64,000 nt of DNA from Antedon mediterranea (GCF_964355755.1 NC_092670.1:6376201-6440200); one strand, 5' to 3'. Counted from the stretch's first letter, positions 28,475-44,367 are shown. The notes: generated by a model from the letters alone, not told the origin. Program-made: numbers and translations.

Positions 28475-28545
28475 TGACTGTAGCTTGGTGGTTAGCATAC
28501 GTGCCTTCTGATCCTTGGGCCTGGATTCAATTCTGCACCTAAGTA
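28475..28545 (+). mobile_element. Degenerate tRNA-derived SINE head
   Basis: A-box-like TAGCTTGGTGG and B-box-like GGATTCAATTC at tRNA spacing, with no intact cloverleaf. Confidence 0.35.
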
Positions 28546-29434
28546 CCGGGATTGTCCAAATTGGTCACAACCAGTGCCACTACTTCCTTTCATAGTTTAT
28601 ATTAAAACACATCTTTTCTTCTTTAACTAGTGGGTTAATTGCTGTTAAATACATTGGCATTAAAGTGTCTCCTAGCCTCTAAAACATTCCAAATACTGTA
28701 CCAAAGGGTACAGTACAATTAAAATATCACATAATTCCACTAAATTAGTGGTTTAGTCTTTCTTTGCCTGTATAGTGTGTGCATTGTCTGATCCTATGTT
28801 ATGCCTACAAATGCAGTCTATTTGTGTCTTGATATTTGGTACCTTGTTATTTAGTTAATAATGCAGTAACATCTCTCAGTTGTTTATGTATGTAAATGGA
28901 AGGGCGTTCCTTGGCTTGTAACTTTTATTTTTACTGGGTAACCAAAAGAAGGTTAGATTACTATCGGAAGTAGATATAGGACAGATAGTTGTGCAATTCC
29001 ATGATGCCTTAAGCTTGCGTTAATCCATCTTTTTGCTTAAGTCAAGATAGTATCAAACCAGTTATTGTTATCTTATAGTTTAGATTCAAGGAAAACACAT
29101 ATTCTGGAAACTTACTTAAGCAAAATTATTGACTTAAAACAAAGTTTTTGTCTTAAGCAAGTTTGAAAAATCTGACTCTGTTGTATCCTAGGATTGGCAC
29201 TTGGAGACAAAGAAAACAATAATTTGGAATTGTCACTGTATAATAGATTTCAATGTATGCAGTTAGTATAGAATGGATTACAAATCTTTGTTTAGTTTGA
29301 TTTCAGTAGAGCTGATTATTTTGTAGATATGCACCTATAGACTGGAAATAATTCTGCCTTTAAATAACAATCTCTTATGTGCTAGATACTGTGACATTTG
29401 CATAACCATCTGGAAAATGATAATGGAGGCTGCA

Positions 29435-29765
29435 TCTAATTATGCAAATCATGACATATCTTGGTTTGTTATTGGTTGATATCATTTGATTATTATGCAT
29501 CCTATGATAAAATCATTTTTGTTTTGATTGGTTAGATTATGCAACTAATTATAATTATGCACATTTCATGATACAAATCATTCTTTGATTGGTTGATTTT
29601 GCTATTAATATGCATACAAGGTATGAATCAGTCTGTGATTGGTTGATGTTCATCTGATTAGCATTTATTGGAGGATGTCTGAATGTTTTGTTTAAAAAAA
29701 TGTCCTGGATGTTATTTAAATGAGCATTCCATGTTACAAATTGCTCTCTGATTGGTTGATTTTGA
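29435..29765. repeat. Degenerate tandem repeat (about 55-60 bp period) built from TTATGCA and GATTGGTTGAT motifs
   Basis: ATTGGTT at about 29471, 29527, 29588, 29638 and 29751, mostly paired with (TAA)TTATGCA. Confidence 0.6.
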
Positions 29766-31042
29766 ATTCGTTTTTAAATTCTTTTATTTGCAGTAATCTG
29801 TATTTTCATTTTATATGATTGTAGTTAGTTTTGAATTAGTACTGTTGAAGTATATTTGATTTAATATTATTTTATATGTATTTTCTTTTGATAATTGCAA
29901 TTGTCTACTTAACATATCTTAATTTATAAATTTTTATTGTAATTTCTGTAAAATCAGCTATGGACAATCTTATTTTTAAAGCCTCGATCGCAATGGACCT
30001 ATTTTGGTAAAATTAACCGAGTCGCCGGCTAAGTCCAATCTAAACACTGGGTACAGTTCCCTCATGGTTACTTGTACTGCCTTCCCATTAGAACTTACCA
30101 TGGTCCCTGTTAAACTAACTACGCTCGCTAGAAATGTGCAACTCATGTAAACAAATGAACCAACAATCATAGCTTTCAATGTCACGGTTAAATGGTTTAA
30201 AACCATGGTAAAACTAGCTGCAATCAAGTTTACCGATGGCCTTGTGTAAAGTTACCTTGGTTAAATTTATCATTTTTAAAGTCAAACAAGATTTAAGACA
30301 AAAAACATAAATATAACAATTAATCGTCTGGTTGCAGTTTTACTTTTTCTGTTGGATGAAATATATTTTATTTTTAACAAGAAATTCTTTTTTATATATC
30401 AAAACCTTTCTATCACTAGCGTATTAACAAAAGTTAATACCACTTCCACCTTATAACAAATGTTACCTCCTGATTCCTACACGATTTTTGAATGTTTGAA
30501 TCAAGTTCTCACCTGCTAAAAATATAGTATACCGCCCTCTATTATATTGTTTTTTAAACTGGACTATTGCTTTTTAATCCTTTAAACCATCGATCTATAA
30601 TTATTCACAATTTCTAAATTTCTTAGATTTTTATATCGGTGACTAAAATAAAAAATGGCTTTCTATTAATTTTTAAAATATAGACATGAAATATAAATTT
30701 TCCTGCTTTCTGCCATAATTTACATACAAAAACTTTTTGTTCATATAAATCATATTTACTGAAATATTATATATACAGATAATCTATAAAAAACCATCTA
30801 ACAAATCATTACTTACTGCAGTAAATGCAGTAGAAATACTGCAGTAATTGATACTCAGCCTTACTTAACTCTGTTAGTGCATATATAATTCCATAATCAT
30901 CTTCCTCAGTATTAATGTTTATTTTTATGTAAGTTTATTTTGATATTTTTATTTTTATATATTATTTTATACATAGCAAAATCATAATCAATGTTTTTGT
31001 GATAATTCCAGCAAAACAAAAGCCAAAAACAACTGCAATCTT

Positions 31043-31363
31043 GGGATCATGTAAAAAGTATTCTACTAGAGTTACTGCAGTAACTACAGTACTAGATTTG
31101 TTTTACTGCAATAATGTATGATTTCAGTTTGTTTCATCTCAAAGTTTATGAAAAAGTTACTGTAATAAACAGATTTACAGGTTAAGCTTGGTTCCCACTA
31201 GGACGCAACCCAAGCGAGTTGACCAATATACAAGCAACTGTTTGAATAATCAATCACTTGTGACTCGCTTACGTTGCGTCCTTGTATTACGTCTCTAATG
31301 GGAACCAAGCATTAAAGAGTAGTTACTGCTGTAACTGCAGTAGAATAGTGTTGTGACAGTCCC
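31043..31363. mobile_element. MITE with TTACTGCAGTAA-rich inverted ends carrying a nested family-B MITE
   Basis: GGGA..TATTCTACTAGAGTTACTGCAGTAACTAC is inverted against GTAGTTACTGCTGTAACTGCAGTAGAATA..TCCC. Related motifs occur at about 22775-22805 and 30810-30850. Confidence 0.5.
31185..31311. mobile_element. Harbinger-like MITE family B
   Basis: TIRs AGCTTGGTTCCCACTAG / CTAATGGGAACCAAGCA, with TAA/TTA flanks. Confidence 0.7.
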
Positions 31364-31597
31364 TAAAGCATTCATTCCAAAATATGTTATCTCTCGAATT
31401 TCCAATTAAATATTGATTTTTTACATTTTTTTCCCCCGCTGCTTTGAGTTTTGAGTTTTATTTCGGGCTCTTTTTATGACAATACATATGTACATTAAAT
31501 GTGTGTCTGTTTGTATATCAGTAGAGATTTGGGGAGGAGTGGTTATTCTTGGATAAGCTGACATTTCTCTTGTTTTTTTCTGTTTGATAATTTGTAT

Positions 31598-32058
31598 GGT
31601 CTCGTCACAAGTGAGTCGCTTGGTTGGAAATAGTAAACATAATAAAAAAGAAGCTTTAGTGTTGTCTTTGATTATTTCAATTTTTTCATAATTAGATTTG
31701 AAATTTGAAATAGGTTACGGAGTTGAGGAAATCAACTTCAAAGCATGAAGGAAGTAAACAACATCTTACTATTTCGTTCAAATTAAGCTGACAACGAATA
31801 ATAACATTAAACCTGAGCTTCTTGAAATGTGCCTAAATAACATTGTACTCTTGAAAATAATAATTCAGGACTCTGTCTTACACTATCGAACTTCATGTGA
31901 CAACAAAAATGTGATGTACCTATACATGGGCATGATGATGTCACCTCACTACCATACAGTATTTGGGTATATAACTACCATATTTAGGCACATTACACTT
32001 TATTTGTCAAACTAGTTTGATAGTGTACCAATGAAGCGACTCATTTCGTGGCGAAACC
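31598..32058. mobile_element. TIR element of about 460 bp with a nested family-A MITE (about 31868-32027)
   Basis: GGTCTCGTCACAAGTGAGTCGCTTGGTTGG is inverted against CCAATGAAGCGACTCATTTCGTGGCGAAACC. Confidence 0.55.
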
Positions 32059-34183
32059 TCAAATTTAGTAGTTAAAAGTTAATTTTTTCTTAGATAGCTA
32101 AGCTTATGAATTGTATACTGTTTGTGTATGTTTAATAAATATTCAATATTGATGACAATTATTGGAGTTTTTTTTCCCCAATGTCAATTTAAACAGAGAT
32201 TTTACCGATCACATGATAAATTTTAATGTCACATATTGTCACGTTTTTGTCTTAAGGGAAAAAAAATTGTAAATTTTGTTGCTTAACAAATTAAAATGTG
32301 ATTAAATGAAATGGAAATGCTACTCAGTCTTGTTTTTCGTCAAATTTTGTTCCTACTGTAATCATTTCTTCCACTGCTTATTAGTTTTGCTGTAAATATT
32401 AATAAATATAAATATTTTGGCACACATGGCGTTTCATACATATGATACTGGATTAAGGCCAAGCAGACAAGCAGTAAACAAAAAAAAAACAAAATATAGA
32501 ATCTATGTAATTTCTTATGACCATTTACACAAAACAAGGAGCGGATGGGTTGGGTCAAGGTAGATACAGATTCTACGGTTTTCCGCATACCGTTACCTCT
32601 CGTCTCGTAAATTAGCTTTTGAAGACAAAAAATCGAAATGCGGACCAGAATACAAACATAGAAAAAATAACTACAACTATGACTGGTTAAGCGGTTGCAA
32701 TTTTTTTATATTTTTTAGTATCATTATTATTAGAATAATATAACAATAACAAGAAAGAATAAGGAACTAAATGTTTCTATTGCCACAATAACATTTGTTC
32801 ATTTAACAATAAACAGATACATTGTTTTTTTGCTGAATTGAAATGAAAGAATTATAAATATTGTACCAAGAAAAGTATGGGGAAATACTGATTTTATTTA
32901 GGTTGCCTAAACAATAGCAAACAGTTTGATGGTGGTTTTTCGACTTTTAAAATTTTTATTTTTTAGATAATATTAAAATATTAGTAAAAAGATAACATTT
33001 TGGTACATATGGTGTTTCATACATATATCTTGTAGTTTCCAGACAAAAATCGAAATGGACTACAAGACAAACTGCTTACTAATGCTTAATATTAAATGTG
33101 AAATACCAAAAAATGTATGAGGAAATAATTAAAATAATATTTATAAATGTTATTTCTGCATTCATTTCTTGTTATTTTGTATTATAGCCAACCTACAGTA
33201 CCCTTTGGCTGGTCCAAAATAATTTTCCAATAGTAAGAAAGAGTTTATGAACTTGTGGACTGAAAACTCAGGTTTTCAGAGTGACTTTGAGACAATTGAA
33301 TAGATATAAAATACCATGGAATAACCAAGGTAAACTCTCCCCAGGACAACTCCCACAAGACAGCCATCATACAAAGACAATACTAACATACCTAAACTTT
33401 ATGGGGTGATATTTGTAATTGTACTAGGGAGTCCCAGATTGTGTTTTCTGCATGGGGGTAATTGTCCAAGGGGTAGTTTTCTTAGAACCCAATTCTCATT
33501 CAAATTCTTTGTTAGGCCCTCTTGGCCAAACTTGTATAATAATGTATTTATTTTGCTGATTAATCGTAGTAAGGTCTTATGTCACATGTGTGTGAGATTT
33601 ATCATAATATGAACAGTAAGTTTTGCTGGTATATTTGCAGATGATGATTTACCATATACTGTAGATATATAAGCGAAATTTGTATGATATGAGGCCTTGT
33701 TTTACATACAGACTGCTTACACATAATACATTCTCCAACAGCTGTTGGGTATAACCACAGTATATCCCTATCCCCTTCCCAGGTCACAAATTAAACACTA
33801 CAAATCTATATTTCAAAATTGTTGCCTCTTGTTTCTAACTTTTTATCCTAAAGTGAATTGTAGGATCCAGAAATCTTTTTTTCCACATGATACAACCTAG
33901 GTGGAACTCTACCTATCATTGTTCATGGTATTTTTATTTCTACTTCGGAAGTAGAAAAAAACAGTAACATGGAAATTGATACCGAAGTCCCACCCATTTT
34001 TCACCCTTAAATTTGTTAATCTATCTATAATCTAAGTATACAATTAATCTACTAGAGTGTTATGCAACAGAAAAAGTCCCCTAGAATACAACGCAGTAAG
34101 CCTACAATTGTTACTGGTACTTGTCCAGGAAGTAGAAAGCAGCGAAAGTCTAAAGAACATTGATAAGATAGGTATAACCCCCT

Positions 34184-34495
34184 ATAATAATAATAATACC
34201 ACATTTATATAGCGCCCTTTTCAGGAGTAATCATGCTCAAAGGCGCTTTACAAGCATTATTACCCCAGTATTTTTTGGGATCAAACACGTATGGAAACAT
34301 ACTCCCATAATGCAGCCGGTAACCAGCGCAAAGTTGTGTCTAGATCTAACTGGGTACCCATTTATACACCTGGGTGGAGAGAGGCAACGTAAGTAAAGCA
34401 TCTTGCCTACGGATACAAGCAATGCGGCGAGAGTTGGATTCGAACCTAGGTCTGACGATCGGTAGTCCAACGTCCAACACACTGCGCCACGCGCC
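34184..34495 (-). mobile_element. Full-length tRNA-derived SINE with a CORE-like central domain and L2-type tail
   Basis: GGCGCGTGGCGCAGTG A box and GGTTCGAATCC B box; GTATCCGTAGGCAAGATGCTTTAC..CTCCACCCAGGTGTATAAATGGG core; AAGCGCCTTTGAG..GGCGCTATATAAAT-(ATT)n tail. Confidence 0.85.
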
Positions 34496-36309
34496 TATAC
34501 ATTTTCTGCATGGATGTAACTAACACACAAAACTTGTTTTACTGGTATGGCAAGATTTGTCCAGGAAGTAGATTATAATAAGGAAATAGAAAAACTATTT
34601 CATCATGCTTAATTTGTTTTTTTTAAGGGCATAAATATTTGTGTTTAAGTACTGAATAGGAATTTTGCTTGGAATTGTTTTTGTGAATTGGTTTTTCAAA
34701 TAATCATGTGTTGTATAATATAAACATGTTACATTGTATGATAGAAATATAGATTAAGAATTTCGCCATTAAGCCATTTTTGATCGACATTTTCAATATA
34801 TATATGAAACTCGATTGGATAATGATTGACAAACCATCGAGGGGAATTTCCCCTGTAATTTACAACCAGGGTTCTTGTAAAGTAAAGTAATGCCTTGTGC
34901 AATACTTGAACAGGAAATAAGCCTTTTGATACCTTGGTTGTAACATGCACCTCCAATGGTCCAGGGTTCAATCTTTTGTTAGAAAGAGGGACAGATTCTT
35001 CTAAAATAAAAGTTAATTTGTATTTATAGTGTATCATGATTCAAAATCATTACAGTGTCAAATCATAGGTTTCTTGATTCTTTTTTTTATGTTGTCAAAA
35101 GCAATAGGATTAATAGGCCCTACAGTTGAATACAAAATGTTTAATATCTTGAAATTCACCATTGTTACAACAAAAACCCAGCCTGTGGTTCATTAACCAC
35201 TTATTTACTTTATATACACATTTTAGAATGCTTGATTTAGTAAAGTTGACTAGTAGCACCATACAAAATTGGTTTATTATTATTTATTTTTTTAAATTTA
35301 GTTTAGTTTTAATTTGGAATATAAATTTCATGTTATAAATTATTTGACCACTCTATTGTATATGTGTTCTATCTTAATATTACATTATTAAAATTGAATA
35401 AAAGAAAGAAAGAAATTATACCTGGCAAAAAAAAAAATAGATATTTGTCAATAAAATATGTGTAATAATGTTTATGTTGGCCTAATTATTATTTTTCTTC
35501 ATATATTTACAATAAAGAGATAATGTCAATTTTTCCATGCTATAACCATGGACCTAAAAATGTATTAGGTCCATGGTCCCTATATGTCCCTATGTTTGCT
35601 ATAACAAACATAGGCCTACTGTGAGTACAGAGTAATCTCATTCTGTATCTATATAGTGTGTAGGGTGCAGTTAAATGTTGTTTGCTCTGACCAAAGACCA
35701 TACTTCCTGTGTGCTATTTGCCTAGCCTGTACATCGCCTTATATGTAAGCAAGAATATCTTGATAATTTCCTGAACAATCCAAAAATGAAAACTTGTGTA
35801 GAGATTGTTTTTGTCCATACATGGTGATATGAAACGTTCTTGACTTTATTATTAGTATCGGCGTTGTCAACAACTTTACTACGTTTTAATTACTGCACAA
35901 CTAAGTTATTAATCATAGTTTTATTATATCAGTTATACACAGTAATGGACAAAGTTTAGCTATAATAATTGTGATTTGGGAGTGAAATTATTATTAATTA
36001 ATTAATTAATAATTATTTTTATATCTGTTTCATTTTTATTTTACTTCTTTTATAATATGCACTGAATTTTGTTAAAACAAATTATTTTGTCTATTTTTTC
36101 AGGAATATTATAGCATTATATATAGCATTATTTCCGTTTCATTTTTATTTTACTTCTAACATACAGAATAAAAAAATGCATTTTGTCTATTTCATAAGGA
36201 ATAATGAATATTGTAGCATTTTTTATATTGAAGGCTAGTACATAACAAATATTTAATATCTAAAAAGTAAGTGGTTTTGTTTTGTCTTGTCCTCTTTCTT
36301 ACAAAGCTA

Positions 36310-36832
36310 CAAATGAAAAGGTACAAAAGAGAGCATTGCGTATCATGCTAGGTAACAACTATTTGTGCTATGATCATGCATTGTCTGTTACTGGTTTACC
36401 TACTCTTGTTGAGAGAAGAAACAAACTTGTGTTGTCTTTCGGGGAAGGCTTATTAAAATCCGAGCTGTTTAGAGAAATACTTCCCCCTCTTCATAAGCCA
36501 GCTCGGTCTCTCAGAGTCAATCGCTTTCTAGAAGTACCTCATTGTAAAACCAGCAGACTTAGGTCGTCTCCAGTTCCCACCATGGTGGATATAATTAATA
36601 GGCACCACTAGCTCTTTTTTAGATATGTAATAAGTGAATGTTTTAAGGTTTTTTATTCATGTATGTTTTTAATTGTATGGTACGATATCTAATTTTATTA
36701 AGATGTTTCTATTTTTATAGCAATTTTAACTAATTTTTAGTCATTTGTAATACATTTCATTTCAGTCCTTGACTGTCGTTTTGTAATATATTTTTATATA
36801 CCGAATAAATAAAAAAAAATAAATAAAAAAAA
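36310..36832 (+). mobile_element. 5'-truncated CR1/L2-group LINE (ORF2 C-terminus, 3'UTR, A-rich tail)
   Basis: EKVQKRALRIM..Y.HAL..GLPTL.ERR..F..ILPP..RSLR..VPHCKTSR..SPVP is the typical post-RT C-terminus, followed by a stop at 36611, AATAAA and an A tail. Confidence 0.8.
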
Positions 36833-37846
36833 TTAGAAAAAACTTTGTGCAGTGGACCATGACCAACAGAAATACAATGAACTGTCTGTATCAATCAAAC
36901 ATTCATTTCTTGTTTCAGTTTCTTTCTCATGACATATTATTACTGTATTTTCAATTGTTATTTGTTTGATATTTAGAGTATGAATTATCAGCCTTTCAAT
37001 ACATAGATTATGAATTTTCTAAATTTTTTTGATTTATCATTTTTACATAATAACTTCAAATTCTGTTTAAAAAAAACTTCCTTGTTGGCAATTATGCAGT
37101 TGCTTTGTTTAAAATATATATGATATTATTGATTGTTTTGCACAATAACGTCCATATGTAAATGTATGTATGTATATAAGGGAGTGTATTGATTTTCAAG
37201 AAAATCGATTTATCGATGACGTCACAAAAGCTTATTGCAATCTCGAGTTATCTGTATGTTTAATATGAGCCGAACTATTAAATCGCGCGCCCTCTGTCGT
37301 TTTTCCTTTTTTACAGGTTCGTGCATTTTCTGATCGCTTTACTACATACTTACTACCACTGTTATAGTAGTAAACTCCCTCCGCAAAGCTCATTCAATAA
37401 TATACAATCCTATCAATTTAAAAGTAGTCATAAACAAGTGAATTAGTCAATAACTTCTAATACGGTACAAGGTTAAGCTATGCGTCGGCCCTGAAATTGT
37501 TCAATTTTAGCATTTTGATGTCGTTTTAAGGGGTTTACCCATTCAAATAATTAAAGGAAAGGAACAGATTTTGAAAATTCCCTAAACTCCTCCCCTTTTC
37601 TAGTAATTCTTATAATAAAGCTATAATCTGTTAATATACCATTCCATTTTTGGTAATAATACAAAGGTTCACTTCCCTGGATAGAATTTACCGCTATTGT
37701 TCGACAAGAGTGGAATAATAAGTATGTATCAACTGTACCGTGATGTACTCAAATACCAATACCTGGTGGGAAGTTATATAATTGTATTTGTATAGTAAAA
37801 GAATGTCGAAAGCTTTCACTTCAAACTACACTTTCAAATAAGCAAA

Positions 37847-38127
37847 ATGATGAACGTTAAATATATATATTTTATAAGACCAGTTAAGATCGGATAATAT
37901 GATTTAAATAGAAATTGTAGCTTTGTTTTTGATTATTTATTATTAGTTTATGTATATATAGGGCCTAGGCCTATATATTTTTTTACGTATTCGTATTTAA
38001 TAATATTATATCTTAGGGTGGGTCAAACTTAAAGTCATTCTGACTCTCCCCCCACATGATTACTTCATTGCAATTATTATACTGTATGTATGTTATAATA
38101 TTGTGGAAATAAATTGAATTGAATTGC
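37847..38127 (+). mobile_element. LINE 3'UTR copy with an (ATTGA)n tail
   Basis: Near-identical to about 20198-20440 and ends AATAAATTGAATTGAATTG. Confidence 0.7.
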
Positions 38128-41100
38128 ATTATTTTTTCTAACGGTGTTCAGATTAAAGATTTGATATTTAGATTGTTTTCGTTGCAGAGGCTCCTCGAGA
38201 CTGTGCCTTGTGAGGCGCCTCTGGGTGAAATATTGAATTAAAAAAAACTATTTTAATAAATAGATATACTGCTGCATGTTATTTAAAATCTCTTCTTAAA
38301 CTTTGTTGCAAAAACTGTCTTCTCGATCTGCATAACTACACAATTAACACTATAGGCAAGGCAATCAACATAGGCCTTTAATAACTAAAGATTATTCCTC
38401 TATGTAGTTATAGGCCTACAGACAAATATTAAATTTAGTTGTACAGTAATATAAAATAATGTTCAATGGAAACTGAAAGTTTTCGTTTCAGCAGAACACT
38501 TGTTTTCTTTAAATTCCATAAAAGGTGATGCTATCCGGGGTTTCAGCGGTGATTAATGCCTTATATGGTAAATTTGCCAACAAGACGAGGTTACAAATCT
38601 GCAAAATTAAGTCATTTCTAAACTTATCTACACAAAATTCTGTTTGTCAATGTAGTCTTGTCCTTGGCCTTGCTTCAAAAAGCTGTGAATAGGACTGCGA
38701 TTGAGGGAATTTCCCCTTACGCAATGTAATCTGATTTCCTTAATAAAATATAGGACAGTTGTGCACTTTTTTACGTTCACAGTTTTTCGTGAAAAATGTA
38801 AAGCCTCCTTCCTGGCCGATATCTTTCTAATTTTGTATAAAGATTAACAAAGTTACGGGGTCCATGTCTATCAATTCGAATATACGTGATCTTGAATATT
38901 CGAAATGATACTGTACTATGCCTATTCATAATTGGATTATTTTAAAAGCATTTTCTTTTCTAGTGCCAAGTCAGAATTAGCGCCAAAATCTATAAATTAG
39001 TTAGGCCTAGGAAAAAGTCCGATCATTCGCCAATTGACCTGATGGTTTTTACCTGTGCTAAGCATCGTAAAAGGTTCTCTTGCCAACCTTTTCGTCGAGA
39101 AACACCATGATCATCTTCATCATCATTTCCATCACCAGTTGTCAACTACTGTATTACACAACGTGATCGCTCGTCATTACCACTAGGCCTAGATAATTTC
39201 GTCCGTTACGTTATATTATTTAATTTTTATACATTTATTTATCAACAGTTATCAATATTATGTTGAACATGGCCTAAGCAATTAAAATCAATTTATCTGT
39301 TCATATGAGAAGTTTAATGACAAAACAAACGAAAATCAACAAAAGGTATATAATATGCAGAAGCACAATCTAAATACAGTAATAGTGACCACATGGCTTA
39401 TTATAGGGTATACTGACTATACAATAGTATTAGTGACAAATTAACAATTTTTGAAAAGGGGCAGGATCATAATCCGAGCGGCTTCCCCATTTATCGTTTA
39501 TTATCGTCATTAGCTTTGTTTTTTCTCATCAATTAATACCGTCACATGTGAACGCGTTAGCTGTCGTTGGTTGACGCGACTGAAACGAGACATAATTAAT
39601 ATTGTAGGCTACATTATTATCATCAAGAAGAACAAGACTTATTGTTTGCGAGATTTATGTCATTATGACGGCTTAGACGAACCTGAGTCATCGTCAGCCG
39701 AAATAAGCTGGCAGATGGCAGATCGACCAAACACGGTCGGCAATTTTTAGAAATATTCATTAGGCAAATGTTTATTGTGGAAAGAATTGTTTTACCAGGA
39801 TCACAGCTAAATAAGATAGATAGAAATATTATCAGACTTGTTTAGCCCTGTTGATCGTTCATTGCCGTCTGAAATATATTTAACACATAGCCATTCCTAT
39901 ATTAAAATATAATTTATGTTATGTTATGTGAGTGAGTGTTCTATCTTCTCGAATGCGATTTTTGCTGTTTAGGCGCGCCTATTTTCAATGTGAATGATGA
40001 TGTGATGTTGCCTCTCACCAAGATGAAGCATTGCAAAAACGATGTAAACCGTATCAACCGTTCACAATCCAGTCTCTGAAATAATATATCTATAGTATAA
40101 TTATATAAGATGCTCTCCAAATGTTACTTTCCTGACCAGAGATTCCTAAATAAAATATTGAATTAAATAAAAACATATATCCCCGTTATGTATGTATATC
40201 TCAACCATTCCTGATTTTCTATTATGCTCGTGGTACTCGGCTCAGATTTGAACCCATAACTTTGGATGGAAGTCACACTTGCGACCAAGATTAGCTGTCA
40301 TTTTTTTAGAATCCTAACATCATCTAACCAAGACAATCTAACAACTTGATCTAACATCATCTTTCATTGACTTGATTGAACGCGATCAATAAATGAGTCA
40401 ACGTGAAATTGAACGTGAAACGTCTGCCGTTTGTATTCGGGGAATACCTTCGTATCGATTCTTTTAAATAGTAAACTAGCCTTTGAATTAAATTAATTAA
40501 ATTGCATTAAATTAGGTGAATAATTGCTGCGGTTGGAATACCTGTGAAATAAATCATTACAAGCCGTTTCCACAATTAGTGTCGTACAGTATTAAATGAT
40601 TCATAATTGTGGCGGTGGTTTGAATATTGTATCCATATTATCATAGGCGGATCCAGGCCTGGGTCCTCATCCCCTCTCACTTACTACATAGTACAAGATG
40701 CATTTTCTAGGTCATATAGTTATTATTTTATTATTATAGTATTTGTACTGTATGTGTATAACCTAATTAAAGATGTAAGCCTATTTTATCTAAAACAAAC
40801 ATGAAAAAGAAGATTAATAAAATCTTTTATAAGCCATTTTGCATCTTTTCTGAAGTAATTCTCATTTCACTTCCGTATAAAAAAACGAAACAAAAATATG
40901 ATTTAACTTATAAAAAAATAAACTCATTGAAAAAAAGCCCCGCATTAATCGCAGTTTACAGTAGTGTATATATATATATATACATATTTATGTGACATTA
41001 AAATTCGGCCAAAAAATTTAAAATAATTTGTTCAGGGCTCTAAAGCAGACAAATTGGTTTGCTTATTGCAATGCGCAAACACAGTTCTTTTTCTATAGAT

Positions 41101-41576
41101 CTCCTAAAAATCCTCCGAATCCACCCCTGGCCTGCATACATAAATGCCGAAACAGTGAAGCGAAGGAGTGATCGGGAGTGGTGGCGAGGGGTGACCATTT
41201 GGTTCCTACTTTCAATGGTTAAGACCATTCGCCCCACCCGAGATTCGAACTCTTCTGCAGAAAATAATAATATTTTGAAGAAAAATAAATACTTTAAATT
41301 TATTCAAACAGAGTTTGTATCTGTCGTTCAAAAAGTGCATCTTCCATCTCTTCGTATACTGTAATTACTATACAAGTGGAATTATACAGTAGTAGTCGGT
41401 AAAAAATATTCCAATACAGGTACTATACAGGCATATTATAAAGATCCTAGACCGAGTAGTATAAATTGTATGCTGGATTATAAGGCAACTCAAATTCAGT
41501 AACGATTTTATAGTTATTAATAGGATCATGGAGCAAAAGGAAATGCGGCAATTTCAAGCAAAGCAAAACAAATCAT

Positions 41577-41582
41577 TTTATT
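41577..41582 (-). terminator. Likely actin polyadenylation signal (AATAAA), giving a 3'UTR of about 800 nt
   Basis: AATAAA on the minus strand followed by a T/GT-rich downstream segment (atgatttgttttgctttgc). Confidence 0.5.
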
Positions 41583-42383
41583 GCTTCGTTTTTTTCTTTT
41601 CAATACAGTTGTTTTGTAAAGTCAGTAATACTGTATTCAGTCGCAACTGTGTGAAGTCAAGTCAGTAAAAGTTTGAAGTCGGTCAGTAAAAATCCACAAC
41701 ACCATCAACACTTCGAAACAAGTCAAAAATAAAAACAAGACAAAAGTATTTCAATTTTCTCTTGGTCCCAAAGGTGCCGTTTTAATTGCACTGTTAACTC
41801 TGGTGTTGCATATACAAATTAACAGAAATTCAAAAATTACAGAGTGACATTTGCTAGATTTTTTTATAAATAGAAAACTAACGACCATTCATTTGGGGCC
41901 ATGCAACGTAATGAAAAATAAGGTCCTTTTTCATTATTGAATATTTTTCGTCTTATTTAGCAAGTACAGTATACAAAATTTGTTAATAACTAAATTTACA
42001 CAGATAAGGATGGCTTCCATTAATAGCTTGAAAGCCCCGATGCAAGTTTTGTTAGAAAAAGAATCTAAAAATAGCCTACGAAGGAATGGTATTATTTGTG
42101 TTATAAATTTGAAGGCCCAAGTTAGGGCCCATTAGTGGCCAAAGATGTTACAGACCACGTATTGCCTGAGGTTGATATGAATCGAGTATAAAACTGTTGA
42201 TACAATTTTAAGGTTAATTGTTGATCCATTAACCAGATGTTAAAAAATTAACCGATACATAATCTAGTTATCTAGGATAACCCTACAGTTCATATTCAAT
42301 TGTTTTTTAATCAACTGAAGACTGGTTTGGTTGAGCTTTGATGTTATTAAGCCAAATTCCATGTGTCTTTGGTTTGGTCCAGT

Positions 42384-43927
<1,544 letters not shown>

Positions 43928-44234
43928 CTAAAGTAGACTGCAATTTAAAATAAAATAATTTAGTAACTTACTATGAACTAAAACTTAGCACAATTAATTT
44001 AGCGTACTTCCGGCTTACTGAAAAATCGGGTGTGTTCTCAACTAAAAAACAGCCGTACAAATTTCACGAATACAAGTACAAACTTTCAATTGAAACAAGC
44101 AGCTAGCTAGGCCTAGTCATGGGCTAGCATTGCAACTGTTAGACAGTACGATTGAATTCTAAGCACCTTTGAGCTAAATGTAGGCTCAAAGGAAGAAATA
44201 ATTAACACTAAAAATGAAGGGTGTGACTGCTTAC

Positions 44235-44367
44235 CGAAAAAGAGATGTATAATCAGGTCCGTTCGTTGAGAAGCTCAGCAACCGAATGATGCCACCTGTG
44301 AGAAAGCCGGGCTTTAAATTCAAGCAACGCATGCTGCAAGCAGCGCAAGAGACATTTCCTTATATGG
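44235..44367 (-). promoter_or_regulatory. Actin core promoter and non-coding exon 1: CArG box 44358-44367, TATA-like TTTAAA at about 44313-44318, initiator ATCATTC at about 44290, donor at 44235/44234. The 5'UTR intron ends at the acceptor 43938/43937
   Basis: CCTTATATGG is a perfect SRF site. The spacing of the TATA-like element to the Inr is about 25-30 bp. The donor (tcg|GTAAGC) and acceptor (ttgCAG|) reproduce the classic 5'UTR intron of actin genes. Confidence 0.75.

Noticed and set aside
34420-34495. tRNA gene
   Set aside because: A and B boxes are present, but there is no proper acceptor stem and the sequence continues into a SINE body and tail.
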